A DNA stretch of 64,000 nucleotides from Protoeuglena noctilucae (Eukaryota). Below the pieces are notes generated by a model. It searched no databases. It was not told the origin of the DNA and saw nothing but the letters and a program-made list of their open reading frames with translations. Shown here in pieces: positions 38,305-50,800 of this stretch (the first letter of the stretch is position 1; every line of letters starts with the position of its first letter). The stretch spans positions 124,001 to 188,000 of the forward strand of contig OY253685.1 of assembly GCA_958009085.1 (NCBI GenBank). Direction: 5' to 3'. Both the position numbers and the translations under genes were made by a program.

Positions 38305-38656
38305 CGCTTATCTCTCTGACGAACGCACGCTGACGGCAGACAGCAAGTCAGGCTATATGCATTTCAATTACTGATAACGGCGAGAGATGTCGCGCGTCGC
38401 GTCGTGGCCAGGAGCGAGCGTTGTTAACACGTACTTTACGCTCCCACCCTCGCGCGAGTGATGACGCCCTGGTCACTCACACGAGCGACGCGAGCAGAGT
38501 GGTCATCATAGATGGCGTGAAGAGTGATAATTGCGGTTCAGGGCTGCCGGCAGCAAAGCTGCAGCACATTGTCTTGCCAGGCGAGGTGTTTCCATGAAAG
38601 GCTCACTGCTTCTTCTTCGACAGGCTGTTGATGCAAAGCAGCAACTCGCGGGGGCA

Positions 38657-39898
38657 CTATCGAGGCGCTGCGCCCCCCCCCAAAGCCCCGCTGCCGCCCA
38701 AAGCCCCGCCCCCGCCCGGAGCCCCGCCCTGCGCCCGGCCTCTGCTCTTCTCGCGCCGTTTCTCCACCACGCGCAGCTCCTGTGCCTGCTTCTGATCGGC
38801 CTTGCTCTCCAGCCCCACCTTGGCCGGCGTCGCATCCCGCGTCCACAGGTAGTACAGCTTGCTCTGCGAGCGCGGCAAGAGACCCCACGCTCCCACACTG
38901 GTAGGGTGCTGCCATTTCGAGCGATGCGCCGGCGCCTGACCCACACCTTGGTGCTGCAGTTGGGCATCAGGCCGACGACCTCGATCTTCTTCACCTCAGG
39001 GCAGTACAGGGGGTAGTGCTCGTACCACACCTCGTCCCCATGCGCACGCAGGCATTGGAAGGACGACCGCGGGCCCCGGTTGCGCCGCCCGATCACCAGC
39101 ACCTTGGCCACCTCTGCGGGTGCGTACAGGCCCAGCCGCGGGTCGGTGACGCATGGACAGCGTGGGCTGGCACTGATGCCACCCGAGCCCAAGCGCCTCG
39201 CCTGGCCTCGTCGACCCGTCGTCCAGCGTGAGCCGCAGGTAGTGCCCTGCCCTGAAGTGCGGCACTTTGTACGGCAGCTCCTCCGCCAGCTTGTTCTTGT
39301 ACTCTGCCTCCAATACCTGGACGATGTGTGCGCCCCTCTTAAAGTAGTTCTTCCGCTTGTCCAGCTCCTGGCTCGGCGTCCAGGGCGCGTGCCGCGGAGG
39401 ATACGCATAGTAACTGCGGAGTTAACGAGCGGGGCGGGTCATCGCACGCGTTGCAACGGAGAACATGGGGCATGAAGGCAGAGCGAGGCTAATCGCGCAC
39501 CGGGGTGGGTTCCACTTCAGTTCCGGCAGGGCCGGGAGGTCGCCATTGCCTGAAGAGGATGTCGATGGTGCTGTGGAAGTGGCCCGCGCGCTCGTTTTGG
39601 CGCGACGGGGTCCCGAAGACGCCTCACTGCGGGACGGGGGAGCGGCAGCGTATGCATCAGCGGAGGGGCGCGCCAAACGACCGGCCAAGGTTTGCCCGGT
39701 ATTCAGGCATAAACGACCACTCTGCCCGCCCTATCCGTCTCGCTCCGGGGCCCCCGCTCTTCCTCGCAGCGTGGCTTGCCTGGTCGAGGCCCCTCCTGAG
39801 GCCGCTGCGGCGCTCCATCGTCGCAATGCACGTCCCCAGTCGTCCTCGCCCCCCAGCCTCGCGTCGAGGATGCGACGGCAGGTCCGCGCCAGGGCCAT
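38657..39898 (-). CDS. Mitochondrial ribosomal protein bL19-like (5 exons)
   Basis: Arg-rich presequence (MALARTCRRIL...), then VPHFRAGHYLRL, VIGRRNRGPRSSF, YPLYCPEVKKIEV and SKLYYL, which match the L19 pattern. GC donors at 39779 and 39201. Confidence 0.75.
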
Positions 39899-40307
39899 CG
39901 GGCCTCTGCGCGCGGCGGCGGCTTTGATGCAGGCGGAGCAGCCGAGCTATTGCAGATCCCAACGTGTCCTCTCGTGCATCAGCTGAGCATCGATGGCAGC
40001 AACGAGGGAGGGGAGGGGCGGCGGACGTGACGCTGCCGGCGGGTCTGACGACGCGACGCTGGTCTCGCCGTGTCGGTCGAGCGTGTCGCGATGCGGGCAG
40101 CATCCCGGCGCCGATGCGCACTCGCAATGCATTCTTCTACGTCGAATGTGCCCATCGGTTGCCTTGGCAGAGCTCAATCTTCGCTTAAGACGCGGATTCC
40201 CAGGTTTGCCTCGGAACAGGCAACTTTGGCCTGTTTTCTGAACATTTGGTGCCAGACAAGGAGTACAGAGCTGCTGAGATAAACGCTCTCTTGCCCGCCG
40301 GCCCGGC

Positions 40308-41894
40308 ATGGCCGACCCAGCGGCCGCGGGGCCAGACGCACCGAGCGTGCTGACGGTCGAGGACACGCCCAGCCTATGCGTGCTGCTGATCGACACTTGC
40401 GGGATGTTATGGTCCGCGTACGGTCTTTCTCCCAGCGATGAGGCCAAGGGCGGACCCGAAGAGCCGCTGCCGCTGTCGCTGGTCGTCGAGGCGCTCATCA
40501 TGTTTGCCAACACGCTGGTGAGCAGACCTCCGCATTGTGCAGACGTGTCCTTGCTATCATCTATGTGAGCAGGTAAACAAATTCTCGCCTTGCCCTCCTC
40601 GCCCTCCATCTGCAGCTTCTGCAACACGAGGCCAACCAGCTGGCGGTTTTCGCGACCAACGACATGGACTGCCAGCTGCTGTGGGAGAGCAAGAGCGTGG
40701 CGAGCCTCTTCGACCCAGAGGCGCGGGGTGCGCAGAGCGTGCAGTGGCGACTGCGGTACCCAGACATGCGTGGGGCCATCGAGCAGGGCGTGCGGGCATC
40801 CGGTGAGCTGAGTGTGACGAGCGCACACCCCACAGCATGTGTGCTTCTATGGCACAGAAGGGCCCGCTTCACGTGTTCTCATCCATGCAAGCCGCTCTTC
40901 CATCCATTGTCACACCCCTCCCCTCGCAGTGCGCCAGTCACTTGAGCGCGCTGCCAGCCACGCCGGGGCGTCTGCCAGGAACAGCGGGGACCGTGCGGGC
41001 CCTCCCCGGCTGCAGCTGGCAGGCGGGCTGTCCAAAGCGTTGCTGTACGCGCACCGGGTGCAGGCCGCGTGCCCGCCGCGCAACGACACGCGTGATGCCG
41101 AAGGGGCACGGTCGCGGATCGTGTGCGCAGTCGGCAGCCCCGACGTCCCCAGCCAGCACGTGGCCCTAATGAACGCCACGTTTGGGGCCAGGAAGGCCGG
41201 CGTGCTCATCGACGCGTGCATGCTGGGCCACGCTGAGAGCGCCTTCCTGCAGCAGGCAGCGCACATCACGGGCGGCACCTACGCACGGCCCAAGGTGGGT
41301 GTTACAAGAGCCGTGGAGGGATGATGGCAGAGAGCGTTTCTGTGCATCGGACGCCTCGCTTCGCATCACCCCAACTCCTCCACGCCCTTCCACCCCACCC
41401 TGCACCCGTTCCCTCGCCTGCAGCACCCCGGTGCCCTCCTCCCCCACCTCCTCGACCTGCTTTCATCCAACCCCGACGTGCGCCCCATTCTGGCACACGT
41501 GATGCCGCCGAGCGACACGGCCGGCCACGACCGTGCGGTTGATCTCTCTGCTTCGTGCTTCTGTCACAAGCAGCGCGTCCGGAAAGGATGGGTGTGCTCC
41601 GTCTGCCTGTCCGTCTTCTGCACCTACCGACCCCAATGCATGACGTGCAAGGTGGGTGACGCGACATGAGCGCTGCCTGTGGTGTCTGTCCATCGCAGTC
41701 CCACGTGCTGCGTCACCCCCAGTGTCATGCTTTCATGCTTACTCCTGCAGGCCATCTTTGTGGACCCGTCAAAGAAGCCGGGAGATGAGGGGGCAGTTGC
41801 GGGTGACAAGCGCAGGGATGCTGGGGGGGCTGGCGGGTCAGGACAGCCGCCCGCCAAGAAGCCCGCACCAGGCACACAGGCTGGCACGGCTTGA
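40308..41894 (+). CDS. GTF2H3: TFIIH subunit p34/Tfb4
   Basis: LCVLLIDT, LAGGLSKALLY, QHVALMNATFGA, IDAC, FLQQAAHITGGTY, and the C4 zinc finger VDLSASCFCH...GWVCSVCLSVFC...CMTC. Four GT-AG introns. Confidence 0.92.
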
Positions 41895-42102
41895 TTCAGC
41901 TTGTCTTTGGGCATCGCCATCGCATCGTGTCGTGTTTGAATGTATCACGCGTCAATTGAACCGCGTCGCTCGCGTGGACGCTGGGCTACCTAGCGATGAC
42001 CTGGGCCAATCGTCGATGCCATCCACGGCCACTGCCATGACCTCTACAAGCGAGTCTACAGTGTTCCCATCACTACTAGCACTGCTTCCATTATCACCAT
42101 TC

Positions 42103-45100
42103 CTAGCCCTGCACTGAGGCCTGGGACTCTCGGATGAGCCGCGACGACATGGGCCGCGCAGGCACATGGGCCGCCACCCCCTTGCTACCCCCCTGCCGCG
42201 ACCGCGCGCTGCTGAGCCCGGTGCGGCTGGTGCGGCCAGCCACGGCGGGCAGCTGCTCCCGATCTGAGGCGCGAGCCGCGTCGATGACGGTGGCATACTC
42301 GCTCGTGCCACGCCACCCTCCCGGGGGCAGGTGGGGGCCCACCAGGTGCCCCGGGACCTTGTCCGCGGGCGGCCCGTGCTGCTCCAGGTACCAGTTGGGA
42401 GTCTGGCGGCCTGGGAGCGGAGGGGGTGACAGCGGGGGTCGGCAGGGGTGGGGTGTGTGGTTCGCCGACAATGGGCATCTAAGAGCTGTGGTTTTACCAA
42501 ACAGCGCATTTTTGCTCACAACACAAGGCAGCAAGTCTGCTGTCGCTGTTGCTCTCTCACCCGGCGAGGGCGACCCCCTGGGCGGGGACTCGTGGGGCGA
42601 CGTGGACCGTGCGGGGTGGGAGGACTGGGGGCGAGGAGGGGTGCTGTTGCGGGGCGCCGTCTGCGGGGAAAGCGAAGAGAGCAGAAAAACGTTGGAACTG
42701 GATAGAAGAGTGCGGAGCATGGCATTTGCAGGTATGGTTGCGATGACTGCGTGGTTGTCGTCCAGAGTCCCGACGACCGCACCATCGATCATAACAGCGC
42801 CAGCGTCTTTTGCCACCGCTCACCTGCGTCGCGTCGAGGGTCGAGTGGTCCCCCGTGCCTCCCTTGGATTTGAATCCCGCGGGGTCGGCGGTGCGGTGGG
42901 GGAACTGGTGGGACGGCACGAAGGGGCCGGCGCTGTTTTGCACCTCGTCGAGGGGCCTGGGGGGGCAGAGATGGTAGATTGATGATGAAAGGGTCGATAA
43001 GTGCGATTGCTATGTTATTGTTGAGTCAGAGTGACAGCATGCATGGTGCAGCGAACGCGCCCACGACCGCAGTCCCAGAACCGTGTATCCCGCCCCACCT
43101 GTCGCAGCTCATGCATCGCAGTCCGAAGAGAGGCTTGGAGCTGAGGATGGCGTGGTCGCCGTCCGCCATCCGCGACCCCGCCTTGGCCGCCCCCTCCTTC
43201 TGCGCCAACTGCTTCAGCTGACGACGCAGCTTGGCGATGTCCTCCTGAAGTTTCTTGAGCTGCGGCGGTGTACACGAGATAGCAATTAAATACATACTGC
43301 GGCTATGTGCATGAGAAAGCAGTCAAACACAGATTCAGTTCTCATTGCCAATTATAAAGTAATAAGTAAGTAATAGTAGTAATAGTAATAGTAGTAATAA
43401 GTAAGTTATTGTATCGTGGCATGGTGCATCATCATCATCATCGGTCCCCTTCCCCTCACCCGCGCCGCCCAGTCCGCGTCCTGCCCCCCTCGCAGCATTA
43501 CGTTGTCGTCCACCCACTCCGCCAGCCGCCTCAGAGCCGACTTGTCCCCCTTCTCCTTCACCAAGCCCTTGTCGAGCAACTCAGCCAGGACCTCCAACGC
43601 CTCCGCGGGAGAGTCAGGGGAGCCAGAGACCCCAGGCACGCCGCCCTCCGTCGGAATCGCAGCCGAGGCGGGCGCACCGCCCGCCGTGCCCGGCCGAGAC
43701 CCCGCACCACCATCGCCCGCATCCGCCACGCCTGATGCCACCGCCGAGGACCCCCGCGCGCCGCCCGCGGAGTCGAAGCGGGGCCGGAACTGCCCAGCCG
43801 AGGAGTCCGCCCGGCCCCGCGACCCCGCCGCCCCGTCCGCCAGGCCGCTGACACGGCCGCGCCCGGTGCTCGCCGCCCCGAACCCCGCTTCCGCTCCGAG
43901 CCCGCCCTCGCCCGTGCCCGGGCGCGAGGGCGGCCGGGAGGTGTGGTGGTCGGCGCGCGCGCCCACGGCGAGCAGGAGCAGCGCGTAGGCCGTCTGCGCG
44001 GTGCCCTGCTGCAGCTGGGCCATTCGGTCTTCCAGCTCCGCGCGGAGTCTGTCCACGTTCTGGGAGTCGCTCTGCGCGACGCCGAAGAGGCCAGTGCCCC
44101 TGGGGGTCTCTCCCCGGTCTGCCTTGGTCTGGGCCAGGCGGTCCACGTCCGAGCGCAGGGGGCGCACCTCGGCCCTCAGGGTCGCGTGCTGCGTGGCCAG
44201 GTCCTGCGAACGACGGAGCAGAGGATGCAAGAGATGATGCAGGGGTGGGGAGGTGGACTGGGAAGACAGAAGAGCGGAGTGGGGCACGAAAGTGGCGAGC
44301 CATCCCCCGGGTCCCTTCCATGTAGCCCCCTATCCCTCATCTGCGTTTCTATTACTCCACCACTGCACCACTCGCACGTCACACCTGCATGTCCTTCTTG
44401 GCCTTCTCGACGTCTGCTGCCAGCGCCGCCACGTCCGACGCCCGCGCACACCCGTCCACGCCGTCCCTGAGGGCAGCGAGGGCCAACTCCAAAGCCTTGA
44501 TCCGGCGCCCCTGGGCGTTCAGCGCGTCGGCCACCTCGCTCCCGGCCGCCCCCTCCGCGACCTCCCCGACTGCCGCGGTGCCTGGGCCCTCGGCCATGGC
44601 AGCCAACATGGCGTCCAATTGGCTCCGGTCCGCCTTGCGGGCGAGCTCCTCGCGCAGCGCATCCAGGGCCGAGCGGAGGTCACCCAAGGCGTCCGCTGCG
44701 AGCACAGGGACGACGATCGCGGTCAAAGCGAGCGGTGTCGACTTGAGATGAGCGCGCATGGTACACAGACACAGGCACGTTTCTTCAGCTAACCGCAGCC
44801 TTGATGCATCCCTCACCGGCCTCCTGCACTCGGCTCTCCAGCTGCCGCATCCTCTCGAGCTCCTCTTCGCTCGGCGCCGCACGCTCGAGCGCAGGGGGCA
44901 GCTCCATGGCTTCCCCTCTGCCCATCGCCTCCAGTGCCTTCCTGGGAGCACAAAAAAACGAGTGGAATTGAGTCAACTACAGACCGAGTAGGCAGCAGGG
45001 CTGTTGATAGATACAATAAGATACCGTACAGTCCGTCTCTCACCTCAGCGCCTCGACCTGCCCTTCGATGTCCGCCACGCGCGCCGTCGCCTGTTGCGCC

Positions 45101-46026
45101 CGCGCCTCCGCCGCTCCCGCCGCCTCCCCCGCCCCAGCCACTGCGGCCTCCAGCTGGTCCAGTCGGTCCCCGTCCGGCCCACCCACCGTCGTCTCCAGTG
45201 CACCCAGCCGCTCCGCCAGGCCAGGCATGCCATCGGCCGCTGCACGCACCCCGTCCGCGTCCAGCGCCGCCACCGCCGCCACCCGCGCCGGATCGATGTC
45301 CGACAGCGCTCGCAGGCGGTCGGAGTCCAGGGACGCCAGCTCCCGCAGCTTCGCAGGGTCGATGCCGGCCAGCGCGCCCAGCTGGCCCTCCAGGGACGAC
45401 ACTCTGCAACGCGGGGACGGGAATGCGGTAAGTGCTATTTAGGCGGTTGAAGTAAAGTTCGCAATGGACCGAGCGGGCTCCTCACCGGTCGCCCAGGGCC
45501 TTCTCGCGCTCGGCCATGCCCTTCACGAGCCCCTCCAGGTCGCCGTTGCGGCCCTCCAGGGCAGCAATGCGGTCCGCTTGCTCCTTCAACTTATCCGCAA
45601 GGTCGTCGGGAGCCGGGCGAGACTGCGGGCGCGGAACCGGGCGGAGTTGCGGGGCAGGCAGGGCGCACGCGACAGACGGCCGCTTGAGCCGACGTCTTCC
45701 CGAGTCCGCGGCCTCACCCGCAGCTCTCCAATACTATCCACGACCCATCGGAGCGTCGCTTCGAGCTTCTCGGCGTCGACGGACGCGACCACCTCGACCT
45801 GCAAAAGATGCGTGCCGGGAAGCTCAGCGCAACACGCCGCGGCTGCGCAACGCTGACGCGCATGTCGCTTCTCTCCTCGGGCAGCATGGGCACGGAAGCG
45901 CCGAGGCGGACCGCCGCCAGGGGTCTGTGCTCATCTCTCGTTGGCCATCACATGCCGCTTGCTCGCCTTTGCAATCCCAAGCCCTCCGCCCTTCAGCTCG
46001 ACCTCCGCAGGAGAGGCAGACGACAT
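42103..46026 (-). CDS. Long coiled-coil protein with KAD repeats and a C-terminal RCMSCDR motif (QRICH2/DUF4795-like, possibly flagellar)
   Basis: Coiled-coil exons with 'LARKADR' and 'LAQTKADR', and 'DGDHAILSSKPLFGLRCMSCDR'. First exon MSSASPAEVELKGGGLGIAK is joined through a GC donor at 45966. Confidence 0.6.
43348..43410. repeat. AT-rich (TAA/TAG)n microsatellite-like island in an intron
   Basis: aagtaataagtaagtaatagtagtaatagtaatagtagtaataagtaagttatt in an otherwise GC-rich window. Confidence 0.85.
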
Positions 46027-46590
46027 CGTTATCGCTGGGCGGTCTCAGAGGCCAGCGCCAAGCTCGAGCGACGCAGCAAACGCCCGCTCCAGCTGGGGGC
46101 CGCACGAGCGACGGGCACCCGACCCCTGGGGGGCACGCCGTGCGCCGATCCCTCAAGACGAGAGACACCTGCCACCTATGCAATCGAGGCAGACACGGGA
46201 AAGCGTGCGGTGTCGCCGTGGCTGGGGATGCTGACCGGCGGATGCTGACCGGCAGCGCTGATTGGCGTGTTCGCGTACCAGCTGCCGTCCGAGTCAGCTG
46301 CCCGACTTCATAGCCGCCAAACACCGCCGTCCCTTGCTTTGGGAACGAAGCGACCTTTTGGTGCGACCCTTCTGGCGTTTCGTCGAGCCAGGAAGCGATT
46401 TTGGGCCTCGGATGCTCCCTCACCGTGCACTGTGATGCATTTCGCGAGTCCGAGCGTACCCAGCTGTGCGTTCACCCGCACCAGTTGCTTGCAGAGCTGT
46501 TCACTTCCGTGTCTTGGCTCACCGTTGCCTGAGTGGGCCACCTGGACACCAAGAGACACTTCCGTGACAGCCTTCGGCGACTGGCTGACA

Positions 46591-47590
46591 ATGAGCGAGG
46601 AGGAGGTGTCGACAGCGCCTGAGGTGGAAGCTGAGGACGCCCCGAAGAAGACGCTGCTGGTCGTGAAGTACCATCCCATCACGGGCATTCCTGAGGAGTT
46701 CAATGACTACCTGCCCAAGGACACGGAAGAGTACAAGCGCTTGAAGGCGCACCAGGTGCGGCGGCCATGGGCCCCCAGACAGCGCCGCGGCAATAGGTCC
46801 GCCGCTTCCGGGATCTCACCCGACGGACGCTGGTGTCGTCGTGCAGGAGGCGTCCACGGCCGGCGACGGAAAGGCCAAGGGCGACGCCAAGGAGGGCGTG
46901 GAGAAGGACTTGGTCCCCGGCGTGGACAATCTCAACGTGGACGAGGCGCCCAAGGAATCTAAGGTGCGAGATAGGTTTTTTGATGCCATCGCTTTATGTT
47001 GGCAATTTGCTGGCCAAGCGCCGAGCACATGTTGATCGCCGGCGGGCGCGCGTTGGTGTCTGCAGTCCAAGAGCAAGAAGGCGAAGCCCCGGGAGGTCTT
47101 GGTGAAGGTGGAGCAGCGCAAGGGCAAGAAGATGACTACGATCGTCACCGGACTGGATCTCTTCGGCCTCAAACCCGCCGACTGCGCCAAGGTCTTCAAG
47201 AAGAAGTTCGCGTGTGGGTCGGGCGTGTCCAAGAACGCGGAGGGGAAGGACGAGATTGAAATCCAGGCGAGACGCTGCGAATTGTGATTGTGCGAAGGGC
47301 TCTTTGTCGCTGTGTCGTGGACAGCTGCGCCAATCTTCGGCCCTTGGCACCGCAGGGGAGCTTCATGGAGGACGTGGGGGCGCTCGCGGTGAAGGAGTGG
47401 GCTGCGAACGACGTGCGGGAGGAGAACATCTTCTTTGTCGTGAACAAGGTGAGCGCATGCGGATGTCGCAATTGCCACACATGTGCTTGTGTGCAAAGGG
47501 TGAACAGGTAGCTAATTTGGCACTGCTTGCACTTGCGACTCGCAGAAGAAGGTGGCGATGCGGGACTACGCGGGGGAGGACTCCGACTAA
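46591..47590 (+). CDS. DENR: Density-regulated protein DENR/Tma22 (SUI1 domain)
   Basis: VKYHPITGIPEEFNDY, RKGKKMTTIVTGLDLFG...AKVFKKKFACGSGVSKNAEGKDEIEIQ/GS. Four introns, one GC-AG (47267-47355). Confidence 0.9.
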
Positions 47591-47844
47591 GCCCTTTGTG
47601 GCAAGCTAGGGTGTCAATGGTTCAGACCCCGCAGCGCTGTGTGCCAGCATGCGCGGCAGCACGCCGCCTTCTCACCCAACGCCTGCGCGGCGCATTCAAC
47701 TCAGAGCGCCAATCCTTGTTCCATGGCTAGCTGTTCCATGAGCGCTCGCTCTCAGCCCCTGCTGTGCCCGGCTGGTAAGCATAACCGGGCCTAGAAGCTA
47801 AGAACCGTCTGACACAGGATTCGATCATGCCATCATGGCAGCTG

Positions 47845-50800
47845 TTAGAACCACACGTCGCGCTGGTACCTCCCCCCCGCGCTCATGGCCGCCAGATACT
47901 CGGTCGCGTATTCGATGCCCTTCCCCGACTGCGATGGCAGAGCGCGAGTTCGGGGGTTGTTGATGTGAGAGCGCAGGAAGTGTCACTTTGCCATGTGACA
48001 TGGGCCGCTTCCATTGTCATGCAATGAACTCCATGATATCAGTTATGCAATCTCCCATCACCACTCTTGTCACCTGTTTGGCGATGATGCCAAGGAGCGC
48101 CTTCTCGACCGCCCCTGCCATGGACCCCGCGTCACCGCACACGTAGAAGTGCGCCCCCTTGTCCAGCAGCGACCACACCTGCACCGCAGACTCCGCCAGC
48201 CTGCGAGAGACGGGGCTTGCACGTGCTTGAAATCAAAACAACATCATATCGTATCACCCGCGGTGTCTCATCCACTGACACCGACACACACCTGTCCTGC
48301 ACGTAGACCTTCTTGGCCCCTTCCCGCGAGAATGCCGTGAAGAGCGTGACCTGCCCCTCCCGATGCCACGCCTCCAGTAAGTCCCCATACAGGTAATCCT
48401 GGTCGCGACGGCGGCACCCAAAGTACAGCAGGGCCTGGCCGCAGGGGGAACCCGAAAGGGTTCGGTCCTTGAGGAAGGAGCGGAAGGGGGCCAGGCCGGT
48501 GCCGGGGCCGACCATGATGATGGGGACCGCGGGGTCGGTGGGCAGGCGGAAGTCGGGGTTGCGAGAGACGTAGACGGGCACACGCATGCCGACCTGGGTG
48601 GGAGACCAGGTGACAGAGGTGTGAACGGTTAGGAATGCATGAGGTGTAGAAGGTACAGAGCTTGCTTGCCTCCTTCACTGCTGTACACACCACCCTCACC
48701 TCACCCCACCACCGCCCTCACCTCACCCACCACCGCTTAACCCTCACCCCACCACCGCCCTCACCTCGAGCCTCTCCCCGCAGTAGGTGGAGCACACCCC
48801 GACGCGCTCGTGCCCCAGGGACTCGTACCGCACCACGGCAATCGTGACTTGCACCTTGCGAGGGTCCTCCCGCATGGAGCTGCTGATCGAGTACATGCGG
48901 GGCTGCAGGGGTCGCAGGCAGGGCAGCACGGCAGAGACGGGGAGGGTGCAGAACTCCCGGAAAAGGTCCACCAAGTGCCGCGGGGTGAGATACTGCTCGG
49001 CATCGGTGCGGCTGGACGTGAGCTGCAGGGGCGGGGAGGGGTTGTGGTGGAGCGGGTGTGGGTGTGGCGAAGAGGGTGGGGTGGAGCGGGGACAAAGGAA
49101 CGGGGAGTAGCAGTGCAAGAGAGCTTGCATAATCTTTCATATGTTGCTCTCGTGTGTTTCTGACACTCCATGCACCTTGGCCAGGATCGCCTCCTTGTCG
49201 GCTGCCTTGCCGTTCCCCACGCCGTTGCTGGCCGGGCCGTGACCATTGGCGACGTGGCCATTGGCAGCGTGGCCGTTTGCAGCGTGGCCATTGGTAGCGT
49301 GGCCATTGGCAACGTGACCGTTGGTGGCGTCGACGTGGATATCCACAACCCCTCCGTTGGCCTTGGCTGAGCGGGCCTGCAGGGCCTTGAGGAGCTCCCC
49401 AAAGATCTCCGGCTGCAGAGCGAGATGGGAATACGAAGTTGATGGCTGGTAAGCCCAGTCAAGATGACAGCTCCCTTCTCAAGCAGTGATGCGCCGATCG
49501 TCGCCATCTGTTCCCATCTACACACACATCACAGTTCCACCAAAACCCCTCACCTTCGGCTCCCGGATGTCGTAGCACCTCTCCAGCGCCTCCCTCAGCG
49601 GCAGGGTCGTGCGGTCGTGGGCGGGGGCGTCCCAGTCCGGCGTCGCCACCGTCTCTGCCCCATCCACGCCCCACACCTCCAGCAGCTCGGCCACCTTGCC
49701 CGGGTCATTCAGCGGCAGGATGCCCAGGGCGTCCCCGGGGCTGTACTCGATGCCTGTGTTGAAGAAGAGAGGGTGGGGCATGCTAGTTGGTGAGCGGATG
49801 GCACAGCGCCAGGAAGATAGCGTGGGTGGCGCAACATGCAACATACGACGTGAGCAGCTTTGCCGGCACTACACCATCCAACAGCAAGGTTTCCATGCTA
49901 TGTCACCACCCCCATGCTCACCCGAGTCCCCCAGGTCCAGCTCGACCATGACGGTGTCCTTGTCGGCCCTCTTGTCACTGACGTTACACAGGCCCCGCAC
50001 CCGCGACACGGACGCCAGGTACGGGTTCGCGCGGTTGAAGCGCTTGCGGAGGGGCTGGGCGGGGGCTTCGTTGGACAGGAAGGGGTTGTTAACCGGGGTG
50101 AGGCCAAGCGTGGGCAGCGCGGTCAGCACCGCCGCCAGCCACCCGTCGATCGCCGTCCAGTCCTCGCGGTCTGGGAGGGCGACGGGGGTGGCGAAGGATA
50201 GGTGACTGGATAGCTGATGAGGCGTGCATGCGTTTGCACTGCAGCATCGTTATTGTCCATGGCGCTACAGGTGCTGCTGCCTACAACACATAGTGGACGC
50301 AAGAGCGAAGAGAGTTGGTCCTGGCCGAGACCCCACTGCGCTTGCGCTACCGTTTCACTCACATCATGTACCCCCACCGTCAGCCCCATTCCACCCACCC
50401 ACCCCCGCCCCTCACCGATATCCACCCTGTCCACCACACGCCTGCCCCCCAGCTTCTCCAAAGCAGCGTCCACGCGCTTCCCGCACGCGGCGAAGTGCTC
50501 GTAGTTGCGATCGCCCAGGGCCAGCACAGAGAAGGGGAGACCGGGGAGGGCTGGGGCCTTGTCCAGCCACTCCACTGCGGAGCGGGTGAGGAAGGGGTGA
50601 GGTGAGGTGAGGTGAGGTGAGGTGAGGTCATGTGAGTTTCGACGGTGAGAGTAGTACATGACACAGACAGATACTGTCGAAAGTCGACGATTCATTGTTA
50701 CGAAGTGTCGGCAGTCAGCTCATCGACACACCGAAGTCCCTGGCCTCTGCGGGGGGCACGCCGTCCCCCTGGGTCGAGCAGACGACGAACAGGCACTGCT

